DNA of 64,000 bases from Elusimicrobiota bacterium (GTDB taxonomy: Bacteria; Elusimicrobiota; Elusimicrobia; Elusimicrobiales; UBA9959): contig JAGVVD010000038.1 of assembly GCA_019135865.1 (NCBI GenBank), positions 364-64,363 on the forward strand. Reading direction: 5' to 3'. Numbering within the stretch: position 1 is the stretch's first letter; each line of letters starts with the position of its first letter. The notes beneath the pieces were generated by a model. That model made no database searches. It saw only the letters and a list, made by a program, of their open reading frames with translations, and was not told the DNA's origin. Shown here one piece after another: positions 8,150 through 16,734 of the stretch. The position numbers and the translations under genes were made by a program.

Positions 8150-10018
8150 ATGAAAAAGCCTTTCTACGCAGTATCGTTGGTCCCGTCTCTTCTGATAGCC
8201 TCGAGCGTGGTCTTCGCCTCGAACGGGTCTGTCATGCGGCTGTCGGACGTGAGCGACAGCGTCTCGGAGATCCTCCAGGAATACAAGGACAACCAGGTCA
8301 GGCCCAAGCCGGGCGAAAAACCCGGTCAGCCCGGGCATCAGCAGCCCCCCAAACCCGGCCAGCCCAATCATCCCGGGCCTAAACCGCCGCAGCCCCAACC
8401 GCCCAAGCCGCCGCAGCCTCAGCCTCCGCAGCCCCAGCCGCCCAAGCCGGTGGATACCACCCACGCTTATAACGCCGGCGTCAGGGACGGTGCCGAGAAA
8501 GGCACGAGAGAGGGCAGGCGCAGGGGCCATGAGGACGGCGTCCGCGAAGGCGAAAGGGAAGGCCGCAGGAACGGCAACCGCGAAGGCGATATAGCCGGCC
8601 GCGCCGCCGGCAAGCGGGACGGTTACGGAGTGGACCAGGCCGCCGGGACTTTGAACGGCAGCCGTGAAGGCCAGAGCGCCGGTATCACCAACGGTACCGC
8701 CGCCGGCGAGCGCCGCTGCTACGACGAGGGTTACTCCGATGCCTACAATCCCGCCTACGCCGAGGCGAAAGCGCTCGGTCTGCAGGATTCCGCCTCCTAC
8801 GAAGCCGGTTACGCGAAAGGCCAGTCCGACGCCGCCGTGATGGAAGCCGAGAACGGCCAGAAGGCCGGCTACCAGGCCGGTTTCAGCCAGCGCGAGACCG
8901 AGATACATAACTCCTTCCCCGCCGCGCTCGCCGCGCAGGGCGGTTTCACCAAGGGCTTCTCCGTGGAGATGGGCCTCCCCCTGGAGCTGGTCAGCAAAGG
9001 GTATACCACTCCCGAAGAGAAGCGGGCCTATGAGAAGGGCTATAAAGAAGGTTATGACCGGGCTTACAGGCGGGAGTACAACGACTCCAAGCGGAGGGCC
9101 TACGACGAGAGCTACCGCCGCGAGTACAGGCGCGCCTACGACGCCCAGTATTCCATCAGCTACCGCACCGGCTACACCGAAGGCAGGGAGGAGGGCTACC
9201 AGGACGCCTACGGCGCCGCGTACAACTCCGCCTATAACGCCTACTTCGCGGAATACAAGAACAGGGAATACTCCGAGGAGCGCTCCCGCGGTATGAGGGA
9301 CGGCCAGGTCAACGGCCAGCGCGAGGGCTTCGAGGCCGGCTGCGCCGAGCAGAACAAGCGCGGCTATAAGACCGGCTACGCCGACATGGCGGCCCAGGTC
9401 TATCCCGGCGCCTTCGAGGCCGGCAAGGTGTCCGGCATCGCGGCGGCCGACAGGTACTACGCCGAGAACGCCGTCCTGAAGACCTTCGACATCGCCTTCT
9501 ACGACGAGAACGGCGACGGCAGGTTCGAGGCCGGCGAGAACGTCATGCTCCGGGCCGAGATCAGGAACTTCGGCGCGCGGACTTCGGGCGCCGTGGCCAT
9601 AGCGGTCAGGAGCGAGCGCGGGGAGATAACCCTGGCCTCCGACCTGAGCGCCGCCGGGGTCGGCGGGCGCTCGACCGGGATGGTGAACCTCGCCGTCGGC
9701 AGGCTGCACGACGTGGTCGCGCCCAACTCCGACGCCCTGCGGGTCGTCTTCTCCGAGAACGGCAAGCCCGTCGGGGATTTCCGCCAGATGTACACGCGGA
9801 CCAATCCCAACAAGGTCGGCGTGGTCATCAAGGACGGCACCGACGTGCTCAAGAAGGCCACCTGGTTCTTCCCGGGCAAGGTGACCGAGCTCAACAGCGG
9901 CGACAAGGTGATCATCACCGAGACCAAGGGCGATTACTACAAGGTCCGCAAGTCCGAGGTCGCCGCCGGCGACTGGACCGAGGGCTATATCAAGTCCGAC
10001 AAGCTGAACCTGCAGTAA
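8150..10018 (+). CDS. secreted low-complexity protein: signal peptide, Pro-rich PQPQPPKP repeats, charged G/Y/R/E repeats, Ig-like region, C-terminal SH3b-like domain
   Basis: MKKPFYAVSLVPSLLIASSVVFA signal. The C-terminus GDKVIITETKGDYYKVRK...GYIKSDKL is SH3b-like. ATG 8150 is preferred over the upstream GTG. Confidence 0.7.
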   Translation: MKKPFYAVSLVPSLLIASSVVFASNGSVMRLSDVSDSVSEILQEYKDNQVRPKPGEKPGQPGHQQPPKPGQPNHPGPKPPQPQPPKPPQPQPPQPQPPKPVDTTHAYNAGVRDGAEKGTREGRRRGHEDGVREGEREGRRNGNREGDIAGRAAGKRDGYGVDQAAGTLNGSREGQSAGITNGTAAGERRCYDEGYSDAYNPAYAEAKALGLQDSASYEAGYAKGQSDAAVMEAENGQKAGYQAGFSQRETEIHNSFPAALAAQGGFTKGFSVEMGLPLELVSKGYTTPEEKRAYEKGYKEGYDRAYRREYNDSKRRAYDESYRREYRRAYDAQYSISYRTGYTEGREEGYQDAYGAAYNSAYNAYFAEYKNREYSEERSRGMRDGQVNGQREGFEAGCAEQNKRGYKTGYADMAAQVYPGAFEAGKVSGIAAADRYYAENAVLKTFDIAFYDENGDGRFEAGENVMLRAEIRNFGARTSGAVAIAVRSERGEITLASDLSAAGVGGRSTGMVNLAVGRLHDVVAPNSDALRVVFSENGKPVGDFRQMYTRTNPNKVGVVIKDGTDVLKKATWFFPGKVTELNSGDKVIITETKGDYYKVRKSEVAAGDWTEGYIKSDKLNLQ

Positions 10019-10038
10019 GAGGATATCGGCTCGAAAAA

Positions 10039-10073
10039 GACCGCCGGGGCGCTCCCCCGGCGGTCCTGTTTTT
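10039..10073 (+). terminator. rho-independent terminator
   Basis: gaccgccgggg / ccccggcggtc hairpin followed by ctgttttt. Confidence 0.65.
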
Positions 10074-10089
10074 GGCGGTCGGGGCGGTC

Positions 10090-10117
10090 GGGGACGTTGT
10101 TAAGTTCTTTAGTCGTT
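10090..10117 (+). repeat. dispersed motif copy 1 (GGGGACGTTGTTAAGTTCTTTAGTCGTT)
   Basis: Shares GGGGACGTTGTTnAGT with the copies at 11387, 20545 and 22856. Confidence 0.6.
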
Positions 10118-10198
10118 TCGGCTGGCCGCCGGGGAGTTCCTCCGGCGGATTTTGATATCATAAGAGCAGCCCGCCGTGCCGGCGGGAGCGGGAGGGAT

Positions 10199-10675
10199 AT
10201 GTTCGATCTTGAGACCTGGGAAATGCTCAGCTACGTGGTGACCGTCATCGGTCTGCCGATGGCTATCGTCGTCTTCATCTATGAGCAGCGCAAGGGGCGC
10301 GAGAACGAGGAGGACGAGGTATACCAGCTGCTGTCGGATAGTTACGATAAATTCCTGCGGGTCGCGCTGGACAACCCGGACCTGCGGCTTTTCTCCCAGG
10401 AGAAGGTGGCGGACCTGTCGCCGGACCAGCGCGAGCGGATGCTGATCATCTTCGATATGCTTATCTCGCTGTTCGAGCGCGCCTACCTGCTGCTTTACGA
10501 CGACAAGATGGACGAGAAGCAGTCCCGGCGCTGGCGGTCCTGGGAGGATTACATGGGCGACTGGTGCCGCCGCGACGATTTCCGCACCGAACTGCCCGGG
10601 CTCCTGCAGGGCGAGGACCCCGAGTTCTCGGACTATATCAAGGGCCTGGCGGAAAGGACGGCGGCCGGGGCCTGA
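10199..10675 (+). CDS. N-terminally membrane-anchored hypothetical protein
   Basis: ATG 10199 has SD gggaggga. One TM segment (LSYVVTVIGLPMAIVVFIY) is followed by a soluble acidic domain. Confidence 0.55.
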   Translation: MFDLETWEMLSYVVTVIGLPMAIVVFIYEQRKGRENEEDEVYQLLSDSYDKFLRVALDNPDLRLFSQEKVADLSPDQRERMLIIFDMLISLFERAYLLLYDDKMDEKQSRRWRSWEDYMGDWCRRDDFRTELPGLLQGEDPEFSDYIKGLAERTAAGA

Positions 10676-10693
10676 GGCCTCCGCCGGAACGGC

Positions 10694-11440
10694 ATGGAAT
10701 TTTCTTTTCGCCATAATATCCCGCGCAAGGACATCGGCGTCGCCGTCGTGGCGGCCTCCGGGGTGAAAGGGAGCGCGGCGCTCCCTCCCGATACGGAAAG
10801 CGAGTTGGCTGTGCTGCTGGAGTCCCGGCGGGCCGCGCCTTTGTCCGCGGACGAGGAGCGGCGGCGGGCGGCCTGCCGCGACATACTGCGCAACGGGGTC
10901 TATAAGCCGACCGGCCGGGGCAAGCCGGCCAGCGAATACCTGCTGGGCGCGGCCAAGGAGGGCTCTTTCCCCAGGGTCAGCGCGCTTGTGGACGTGAACA
11001 ATTTCATAAGCCTTAAATATGTCCTGCCGATATCGCTCTGGGACCCGGGCCGCTGCCAGTCGCCGGCTTTCGAGTTCCGGCTGGGCCGTGAAGGCGAGAA
11101 ATACGTCTTCAATAATTCCGGTCAGGAGATAGACCTGGCCGACCTGGTCTGCGGCTGCGAGGTATCGCCGGACGGAACTTCGAGGCCGATAGTCAATCCC
11201 ATCAAGGACGGCATGGCCACCAAGGTGCGCCCGGAGACCGGCGCCGTTATCGGCGCGATATTTTATCCGCTGGGCGCGATAGGCCCGGCGGAGATAGACG
11301 CCGCCGCCGCCGAGTTCCTGGAGAAGCTCCTGCGCGGCTCCGCCGGCAGCGGGAGCCGGGCCCTGCTGCTCCCCGGAGATGGGAGAGGGGACGTTGTTGA
11401 GTTGTCGGCCGGCCGCCGGACCGGTCCATGGGGGCGATAA
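10694..11440 (+). CDS. B3/B4 tRNA-binding domain protein (PheT-related)
   Basis: RGKPASEYLL...LVDVNNFISLKYVLPISLWD...NPIKDGMATKV pattern is typical of stand-alone B3/4 domain proteins. Confidence 0.75.
   Translation: MEFSFRHNIPRKDIGVAVVAASGVKGSAALPPDTESELAVLLESRRAAPLSADEERRRAACRDILRNGVYKPTGRGKPASEYLLGAAKEGSFPRVSALVDVNNFISLKYVLPISLWDPGRCQSPAFEFRLGREGEKYVFNNSGQEIDLADLVCGCEVSPDGTSRPIVNPIKDGMATKVRPETGAVIGAIFYPLGAIGPAEIDAAAAEFLEKLLRGSAGSGSRALLLPGDGRGDVVELSAGRRTGPWGR
11387..11405 (+). repeat. dispersed motif copy 2 (GGGGACGTTGTTGAGTTGT)
   Basis: With the preceding a (from 11386), a 20-nt stretch is identical to copy 4 (from 22855). It lies in the last codons of the B3/4 ORF, just upstream of the IS110 transposase region. 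Confidence 0.6.
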
Positions 11441-11451
11441 TCATATAAAGG

Positions 11452-11513
11452 TCCCCTCCTCAGGTTGTGTAATATTGCTTTGTCGAAGAGCAATCACACA
11501 CCCAAGGAGGGGA
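11452..11513 (+). promoter_or_regulatory. long imperfect hairpin sequestering the transposase RBS
   Basis: tcccctcct(11452-11460) pairs with aggagggga(11505-11513, containing the SD). There is an inner stem attgct/agcaat. Confidence 0.5.
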
Positions 11514-12538
11514 TGTATATGAAATTATACGCGGCAATCGACCTGCATTCAAATAACAGCGTGCTTGTAGTGCTGGACGGCGAGGATAAGATCGTCTATG
11601 AAAAGCGGCTGCCCAACGAGCTGCCGGTCATCCTGGCCGAGCTGGAGCCTTACCGGGAACGCATCCACGCGATAGCGGTGGAATCCACGTTCAACTGGTA
11701 CTGGCTGGTGGACGGGCTCATGGACGCCGGCTACGAAGTGAAGCTGGTGAACACGGCGGCGGTGAAGGTCTACGAGGGGCTCAAATACAGCGCCGACGAG
11801 CACGACGCCAGACACCTGGCGCACCTATCGCGCCTTGGCCTGCTGCCCGTGGGACACATATACCCGAAAGAGGACCGCGCCGTGCGCGACCTGCTGCGCA
11901 AGCGCTCGCAGCTGGTGCGCTACCGCACGATGCAGATACTGAGCATACAGAACCTGATAGGCAGGAACAGCGGCAGGCGGATCAACACCGACGGGGTCCG
12001 CAAGCTGACCGACGAGGCGATAGCCGACTACTGCGGCGGCGACGAAGTCCTGGAGCTGGCTATAAAAAGCAACCTCAAGACGCTGCGCTGCCTCGACGGG
12101 CAGACAACCGAACTGGAAGAAGCCGTCCTTAAAAGAGCGAAGCTCAAACCCCAGTTCAAGCAGCTGCTGACGGTGGACGGCATCTGGCATATCCTGGGGA
12201 TGACCATTATGTACGAGGCCGGCGACATGTCGCGCTTCAAGAAAGTCGGCCACTTCGCTTCCTACGCCCGCTGCGTCGGCAGTTCGCGCTGGAGCAACCA
12301 CAAGAAGAAAGGCGAAGGCAACCGGAAGAACGGCAACAAGTACCTGGCCTGGGCGTTCATAGAGGCGGCGCATTACGCGGTGCGCTACAATGATCGGATC
12401 CGCAGATTCTACCAGCGCAAGCGGGACAAGACCAATAAGATAGTGGCGGCCAAGGCGGTGGCGCATAAGCTGGCTCGGGCCTGCTATCACGTGCTGAAAG
12501 AGCAGACGCCCTTCGAGGAGGCGCGCGCTTTCAGTTGA
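11513..12538 (+). CDS. IS110 family transposase (DEDD/RuvC-like N-domain plus Transposase_20 C-domain)
   Basis: MKLYAAIDLHSNNSVLVV... N-terminus. C-terminus LLTVDGIWHILGMTIMYEAGDMSRF...ASYARCV...GNKYLAWAFIEAAHYAV. Confidence 0.9.
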   Translation: MYMKLYAAIDLHSNNSVLVVLDGEDKIVYEKRLPNELPVILAELEPYRERIHAIAVESTFNWYWLVDGLMDAGYEVKLVNTAAVKVYEGLKYSADEHDARHLAHLSRLGLLPVGHIYPKEDRAVRDLLRKRSQLVRYRTMQILSIQNLIGRNSGRRINTDGVRKLTDEAIADYCGGDEVLELAIKSNLKTLRCLDGQTTELEEAVLKRAKLKPQFKQLLTVDGIWHILGMTIMYEAGDMSRFKKVGHFASYARCVGSSRWSNHKKKGEGNRKNGNKYLAWAFIEAAHYAVRYNDRIRRFYQRKRDKTNKIVAAKAVAHKLARACYHVLKEQTPFEEARAFS

Positions 12539-12546
12539 CTGTTTCG

Positions 12547-12613
12547 GTGGAGGAAGCCAGCTCGGCGTAGTGTTGGGAAAACCAGCCCACCGCGATTAGA
12601 GACTTCCTCCACC
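12547..12613 (+). ncRNA. candidate structured RNA (possible part of an IS1111-type bridge/seek RNA)
   Basis: An 11-bp perfect stem ggtggaggaag(12547-12557)/cttcctccacc(12603-12613) encloses about 45 nt. More short hairpins lie at about 12626-12637 and 12694-12709. Confidence 0.3.
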
Positions 12614-12953
12614 CCGCTGTTTTAAGGCGAAGACGCCTCTGACGCGAGCCAGGTGAGTGTTGGCCGGGGCATTGCCCGGAACCATTAACGCGAGGGCGGA
12701 GGGATCCGCCGATAGATGGACGCGGCAGGGAACCAAAGGTTTTCTGGGCCTTCAGATGAAGGCAGGGGCGACGGTGGAGTTATCGCCGGAGTCTTGATCC
12801 TGATGAGTGACTGGTGCGGCTTCGTCCGACGCCAGATTATAGAGAACCCGGACGCGCAAGGCCTTGAACAGCGGGAAGAGAGAAGGATTTTTTTATATGG
12901 AACGCCACAAACTTGTGGGAGGGGAGCTTTTTTTCTTGCAAAAAGGACCTTTA

Positions 12954-15788
12954 ATGAGCGACACTACGCTGTCGCCCCAATGTTTTATAATTACCCTGAT
13001 GGAGCTCGAGGTCATCGGCCATAAAGAGAGCCTGGCGGAGCGGGCGGGGGAGATCCTGCTCGGCGCCCGGTCATTGGCCGATAATATCGTCGTCTTTCCC
13101 GGCAAACGGCCCGGCCACTTCCTGCGCCGTTACCTGGCGGAGAAGCGCGGGGCCGCGCAGCGCGCGCCGGTCATCGTCTCCATGGACGGCTTCATCGACC
13201 TGGCGGCGGAACAACTGGGCGTGAAAGGCCCGACCGCCGCGACGCTGGACCTGGCCGGCCTGCTTTACGAGCGCCTGGGCAAGGAACTGGCCGGCGTCAT
13301 CGCCCGGGCCCCCGGCGAGCTGCCGCTGGACGCCTTCCTGCCCTGGGCCTTCAAGCTGATAGGCGATCTGGAGGAGCTGAAGATAGAGCGTAAGACCGCG
13401 CGCGACCTGGCGGCCTACGACAAGCTGCTGCCGGAGGACCTGCGCGGCGACGCTTTCATGCGCCGGCTGGAGAACTTCAGCCGCCTCTACGACGATTTTT
13501 ACAAAGAGGCCGGGAAGGCCGGCCTGCCGACGCGCGCCATGAAGTACGCGGCCGTGGCGGAGCGGATAGCGGAATTCGACGCTAAGAAATACGAGAACAT
13601 AGTCTTCGCGGGGCTCTTCGCCCTCACCGCGTCGGAGAAGGCGATACTTAAGCACCTGGTGTCCCGCGGCGCCCGCGTGCTGCTCGAACCCGGGCCGGGG
13701 CTGGAGGAGCAGTTCGCCTTCCTGGGCAAAGTGGAGCAGCCGCCGGTGGAGGAGTGGGCCGCGCCGTTCTTCTACAAGGCGGCCGACTTGCACGGAGAGG
13801 TGTTCGGCCTGGCGCGGGCGCTCAAGGACCCCGGCCCCGGCGACGTGATAGTGCTGCCCGAGCCGGCCGCGCTGTTCCCCGTCATGGAGAACGTCCTGCC
13901 GGCCGCGGGCGAATACAATGTCTCGATGGGCTACCCGCTTTCCGCCACGCCCGTCTACGCGCTCATCGACGCTCTGGGCGACCTGCTGGACAAGCGCAGC
14001 GGCGACGCCTATTTCGCTCCCAACTATCTCAAGTTCGTTTTCCATCCTTACGTGAAGAACGTCTTCCTGGGCGGTTCGGCCGAGCCGGGCCGCGTCATCT
14101 TCCAGACGGTGGAGGAGGAGCTTTCGGAGCGGATGGACAAGTATGTCCGGCTGGAGGAGCTGGAGAACGACGAGCGCGTCCTCAACGGTTCCGCCGCCCG
14201 GCTGAAAGAGTACGGCCGCGGCGTCACTCCCGCGGAAGTGAAGGCGCATCTCTCCGGCCTGCACGGCGCGCTGATACGGCCTTTCGAGGCCGTGAAGGAC
14301 ATAGCCGGCTTCGCCGGGCGGCTGCTGGACCTGCTTTCCTATATCTCGGAGAACAGCACGGCGCCGCTGCACCCTTACTGGGCGCCTTTCGCCGAGAAGG
14401 CGATGGAGCATATACTGGAGCTGAAGAATTGCCGGCTGGCCGGCGCCGGTTTCGCCTCGCCGTCGGGCTATTTCAAGTTCTTCAAGACGGCGCTCGCCGG
14501 CGCCTCCTACCCTTTCCCCGGCACGCCGCTGCGCGGCCTGCAGGTGCTGGGCCTGCTGGAGACGCGCGGGCTGCGCTTCGACCGCGTCTTCTTCCTCGAC
14601 GCCAACGCCGACGTGCTGCCGGCCGCGCGCAAGGAGGATACGCTGCTGTCGCATTTCGTGCGCGAGGGGCTGGGGCTGTCCACCTACAAGACGCGCGAGC
14701 GGCTCTCCCGCTACCATTTTTCCGCGCTGGTCGCCGGCGCGCGCGAGGCGCATATCTTCTACAAGGACTCGGCCGAGAAGGAGCGCAGCCCCTTCGTCGA
14801 GCGGCTGGCCTGGGAGCTGGAGCGCGCGGGCGGGAAGCCCGCCGGCGCGGAGGTGCATCTGCGCGTGGACTTCTCGCAGGCCGAGCCGCGGCCGGCCGCC
14901 AAGACGCCGGAGCTCATAGCCGCGCTTAAAAAACGCGAGTTCTCGCCTTCCGCGATAGACGCCTACCTGGCCTGCGGCCTGCGCTTCTATTACCGCTACG
15001 CGCTGGGGCTCGACGAGAAGGCGGAGATAGCCGACGAGGTGGAGCAGCGCGACATCGGCGTGCTGGTCCACGCCGTGCTGGAGGATTTCTTTAAGGCCCG
15101 CGCGGGCAGGCCGCTGGAGATAAAGGAAGAGGACTACGCCGAGGCGCTGGAATCGGCCGGGAGGATCTTCGACCGGGACTTGCGCGGCCACGGCGCGGGC
15201 GTGGAATACCTGATAAAGCGCCAGGTGGAGCGGCGGCTGCGCGACATACTCGACTATCACCGCGACAACCTGGCCGGGGTGAAGATACTCGGCTGCGAGA
15301 CCAAATTGCGGGCGGAGCTCGATACCCGCTTCGGCCCGGTGGCGCTGCGCGGCTTCGCCGACCGCGTGGACGAGCGCGGCGGCGTGACGCATATACTCGA
15401 TTACAAGACCGGCTCCAGCGCGCGGGTGCCCAACTGGCAGAAATTCGACCCGAGCATGAGGGAGGACTGGCCGCGGACGCTGCGGTCCGTGCAGCTGCCT
15501 TTCTACGTGCTGGCCTGGATGGAGGCCAACGGTGTGAAGGATCCGGCGCGGATGGACGCCTCGCTGATGCTGCTGGGCTCGGAGACTATAACCGAGGAGA
15601 CGCTCTACCGCGAGCGCAACAGGAAGGCGCCGGACAAGGCCGTCGTTTTCGGCATCTACAAAGAGGCGATAAAGACGCTGGTGGAGGAGATACTCGACCC
15701 GGCCCTGCCCTTCTCGCCGCCGGCCGGCGAGGAGCCCTGCCGCGGCTGCGCCTTCCGCGGCCTCTGCGGCCGCCAGTGGACGGCCTGA
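12954..15788 (+). CDS. PD-(D/E)XK nuclease family protein, AddB-like with C-terminal Fe-S cysteine cluster
   Basis: Nuclease motif HILDYKTGS. Cysteines are YLACGLRFYY...CRGCAFRGLC (C-x2-C-x5-C as in AddB). No Walker A was seen. Start is uncertain (12864, 12897, 12954 or 12999). Confidence 0.8.
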   Translation: MSDTTLSPQCFIITLMELEVIGHKESLAERAGEILLGARSLADNIVVFPGKRPGHFLRRYLAEKRGAAQRAPVIVSMDGFIDLAAEQLGVKGPTAATLDLAGLLYERLGKELAGVIARAPGELPLDAFLPWAFKLIGDLEELKIERKTARDLAAYDKLLPEDLRGDAFMRRLENFSRLYDDFYKEAGKAGLPTRAMKYAAVAERIAEFDAKKYENIVFAGLFALTASEKAILKHLVSRGARVLLEPGPGLEEQFAFLGKVEQPPVEEWAAPFFYKAADLHGEVFGLARALKDPGPGDVIVLPEPAALFPVMENVLPAAGEYNVSMGYPLSATPVYALIDALGDLLDKRSGDAYFAPNYLKFVFHPYVKNVFLGGSAEPGRVIFQTVEEELSERMDKYVRLEELENDERVLNGSAARLKEYGRGVTPAEVKAHLSGLHGALIRPFEAVKDIAGFAGRLLDLLSYISENSTAPLHPYWAPFAEKAMEHILELKNCRLAGAGFASPSGYFKFFKTALAGASYPFPGTPLRGLQVLGLLETRGLRFDRVFFLDANADVLPAARKEDTLLSHFVREGLGLSTYKTRERLSRYHFSALVAGAREAHIFYKDSAEKERSPFVERLAWELERAGGKPAGAEVHLRVDFSQAEPRPAAKTPELIAALKKREFSPSAIDAYLACGLRFYYRYALGLDEKAEIADEVEQRDIGVLVHAVLEDFFKARAGRPLEIKEEDYAEALESAGRIFDRDLRGHGAGVEYLIKRQVERRLRDILDYHRDNLAGVKILGCETKLRAELDTRFGPVALRGFADRVDERGGVTHILDYKTGSSARVPNWQKFDPSMREDWPRTLRSVQLPFYVLAWMEANGVKDPARMDASLMLLGSETITEETLYRERNRKAPDKAVVFGIYKEAIKTLVEEILDPALPFSPPAGEEPCRGCAFRGLCGRQWTA

Positions 15789-15901
15789 GGCGCGACAACA
15801 GCCGAAAGGGCTTCTGGTTCCCCGCGGTCTTGTTTTTGTATGGGCCCAAAGACCATGAGGCCCTGGCCCCTAAGCCTCATTCCCCGGAAGCGGCGGGAAT
15901 A

Positions 15902-15907
15902 TATACT
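15902..15907 (+). promoter_or_regulatory. -10 box TATACT 6 nt upstream of ATG 15914 (leaderless geometry)
   Basis: aTATACTttatgtATG with no SD. Confidence 0.45.
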
Positions 15908-15913
15908 TTATGT

Positions 15914-16729
15914 ATGGTAAAAACCCGCGCTTTCCTGTCCCTTATTCTCTTCATATCGGTTTCTTTCGCGCAGGCCCCCGCTCTGCGGGCTTCCGTGCTG
16001 GACGAACTGCCGGGCATAGCCGACATAATGGTCCCGGAAGTTCCCGCGCCGGCGGCCGCAGAGACTTTCCCGGATTACGAGCAGGACCGGAAGCCGGCTT
16101 TCATGGTTTCGGGATCGGGCGGCGAGCGCGTCCTGGGCGGCGTGCGCTTCGAGCGTTTTCCTGATACCGGGCTCTACTCCTGGCGCGAAGTCAGCTTCGC
16201 GAACGAGGACCTCAAGGAGGTCTATTGGGGCTACCGGTCGGGCGGTACGGGCCATATCTTCCTGCTTTTCACTTTCAATTCCGCCAGATCGGGAGACAGG
16301 GCCGTGCCCGGCATAGTCATAGAGGGGCTGCCGTGGAAGAAGAAGGGCGAGTCCTTCAAGCCCTTCACCGCCGGCATCTCGGACCATTACCCGCTGGTCT
16401 GGAACGTGGTGGAGTGGAACAGCTTTCTCGAGACCTCGATAGGCCGCGACGACCTGCGCATAGACATCTATCCCATGAAGCTCGACCGCGCGGAGAAACT
16501 GCGCATGCTCGACGAAGCCGTGAAGGAGGCCGTCCGGGACCTCAAGGGCGAGAAGTACCACACTTTCACCAATTCCTGCAGCAGCAATGCGCTGAAGGTG
16601 TTCAGGAACGCCACCGGCCACCGCCTGGTCATAGCGAAGATGCTGCCGGCCGTGGTGGTGAAGCACATGAAACTGCGCGGCTTCCTGGGCGAGGGGGAGA
16701 CCTTCGACTCTTCCAACTGGAAGAACTGA
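15914..16729 (+). CDS. secreted protein, DUF4105-like
   Basis: Signal peptide MVKTRAFLSLILFISVSFAQA. GHIFLLFTF and YHTFTNSCSSNALKVF resemble DUF4105. This is from memory and unverified. Confidence 0.55.
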   Translation: MVKTRAFLSLILFISVSFAQAPALRASVLDELPGIADIMVPEVPAPAAAETFPDYEQDRKPAFMVSGSGGERVLGGVRFERFPDTGLYSWREVSFANEDLKEVYWGYRSGGTGHIFLLFTFNSARSGDRAVPGIVIEGLPWKKKGESFKPFTAGISDHYPLVWNVVEWNSFLETSIGRDDLRIDIYPMKLDRAEKLRMLDEAVKEAVRDLKGEKYHTFTNSCSSNALKVFRNATGHRLVIAKMLPAVVVKHMKLRGFLGEGETFDSSNWKN

Positions 16730-16734
16730 GAGAG

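Larger units (their letters stand above)
11441..12870 (+). mobile_element. IS110-family element with short 5' and long 3' non-coding region (IS1111-like layout); ends not resolved
   Basis: The transposase CDS has about 70 nt of upstream and about 330-400 nt of downstream non-coding sequence. No terminal IRs were found, as expected for this family. Confidence 0.55.

Noticed and set aside
8039-9709. 556-aa minus-strand ORF, and similar long ORFs at 13071-15392, 17149-18567, 18681-20090, 19157-20542, 20564-21814, 23740-25326, 25023-26507, 28690-30045, 32343-33800, 32734-35049, 35248-36378, 41135-42265, 45744-47630, 49296-51647, 58285-59643 and 60382-62661
   Set aside because: These are antisense or alternative frames of genes with clear domain motifs. 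Their translations are Arg/Gly/Ala/Pro-rich with no recognisable motifs. This is the expected artefact of stop-codon depletion in high-GC DNA.
12800-12806. CTGATGA in the IS110 3' tail, reminiscent of a hammerhead ribozyme core
   Set aside because: There is no matching GAAA box and no three-stem arrangement around it. A 7-mer alone is not meaningful.
12716-13024. 102-aa ORF in the IS110 tail / AddB-like upstream region
   Set aside because: It has no SD or promoter and an odd composition. It overlaps the probable 5' end of the AddB-like gene in another frame.
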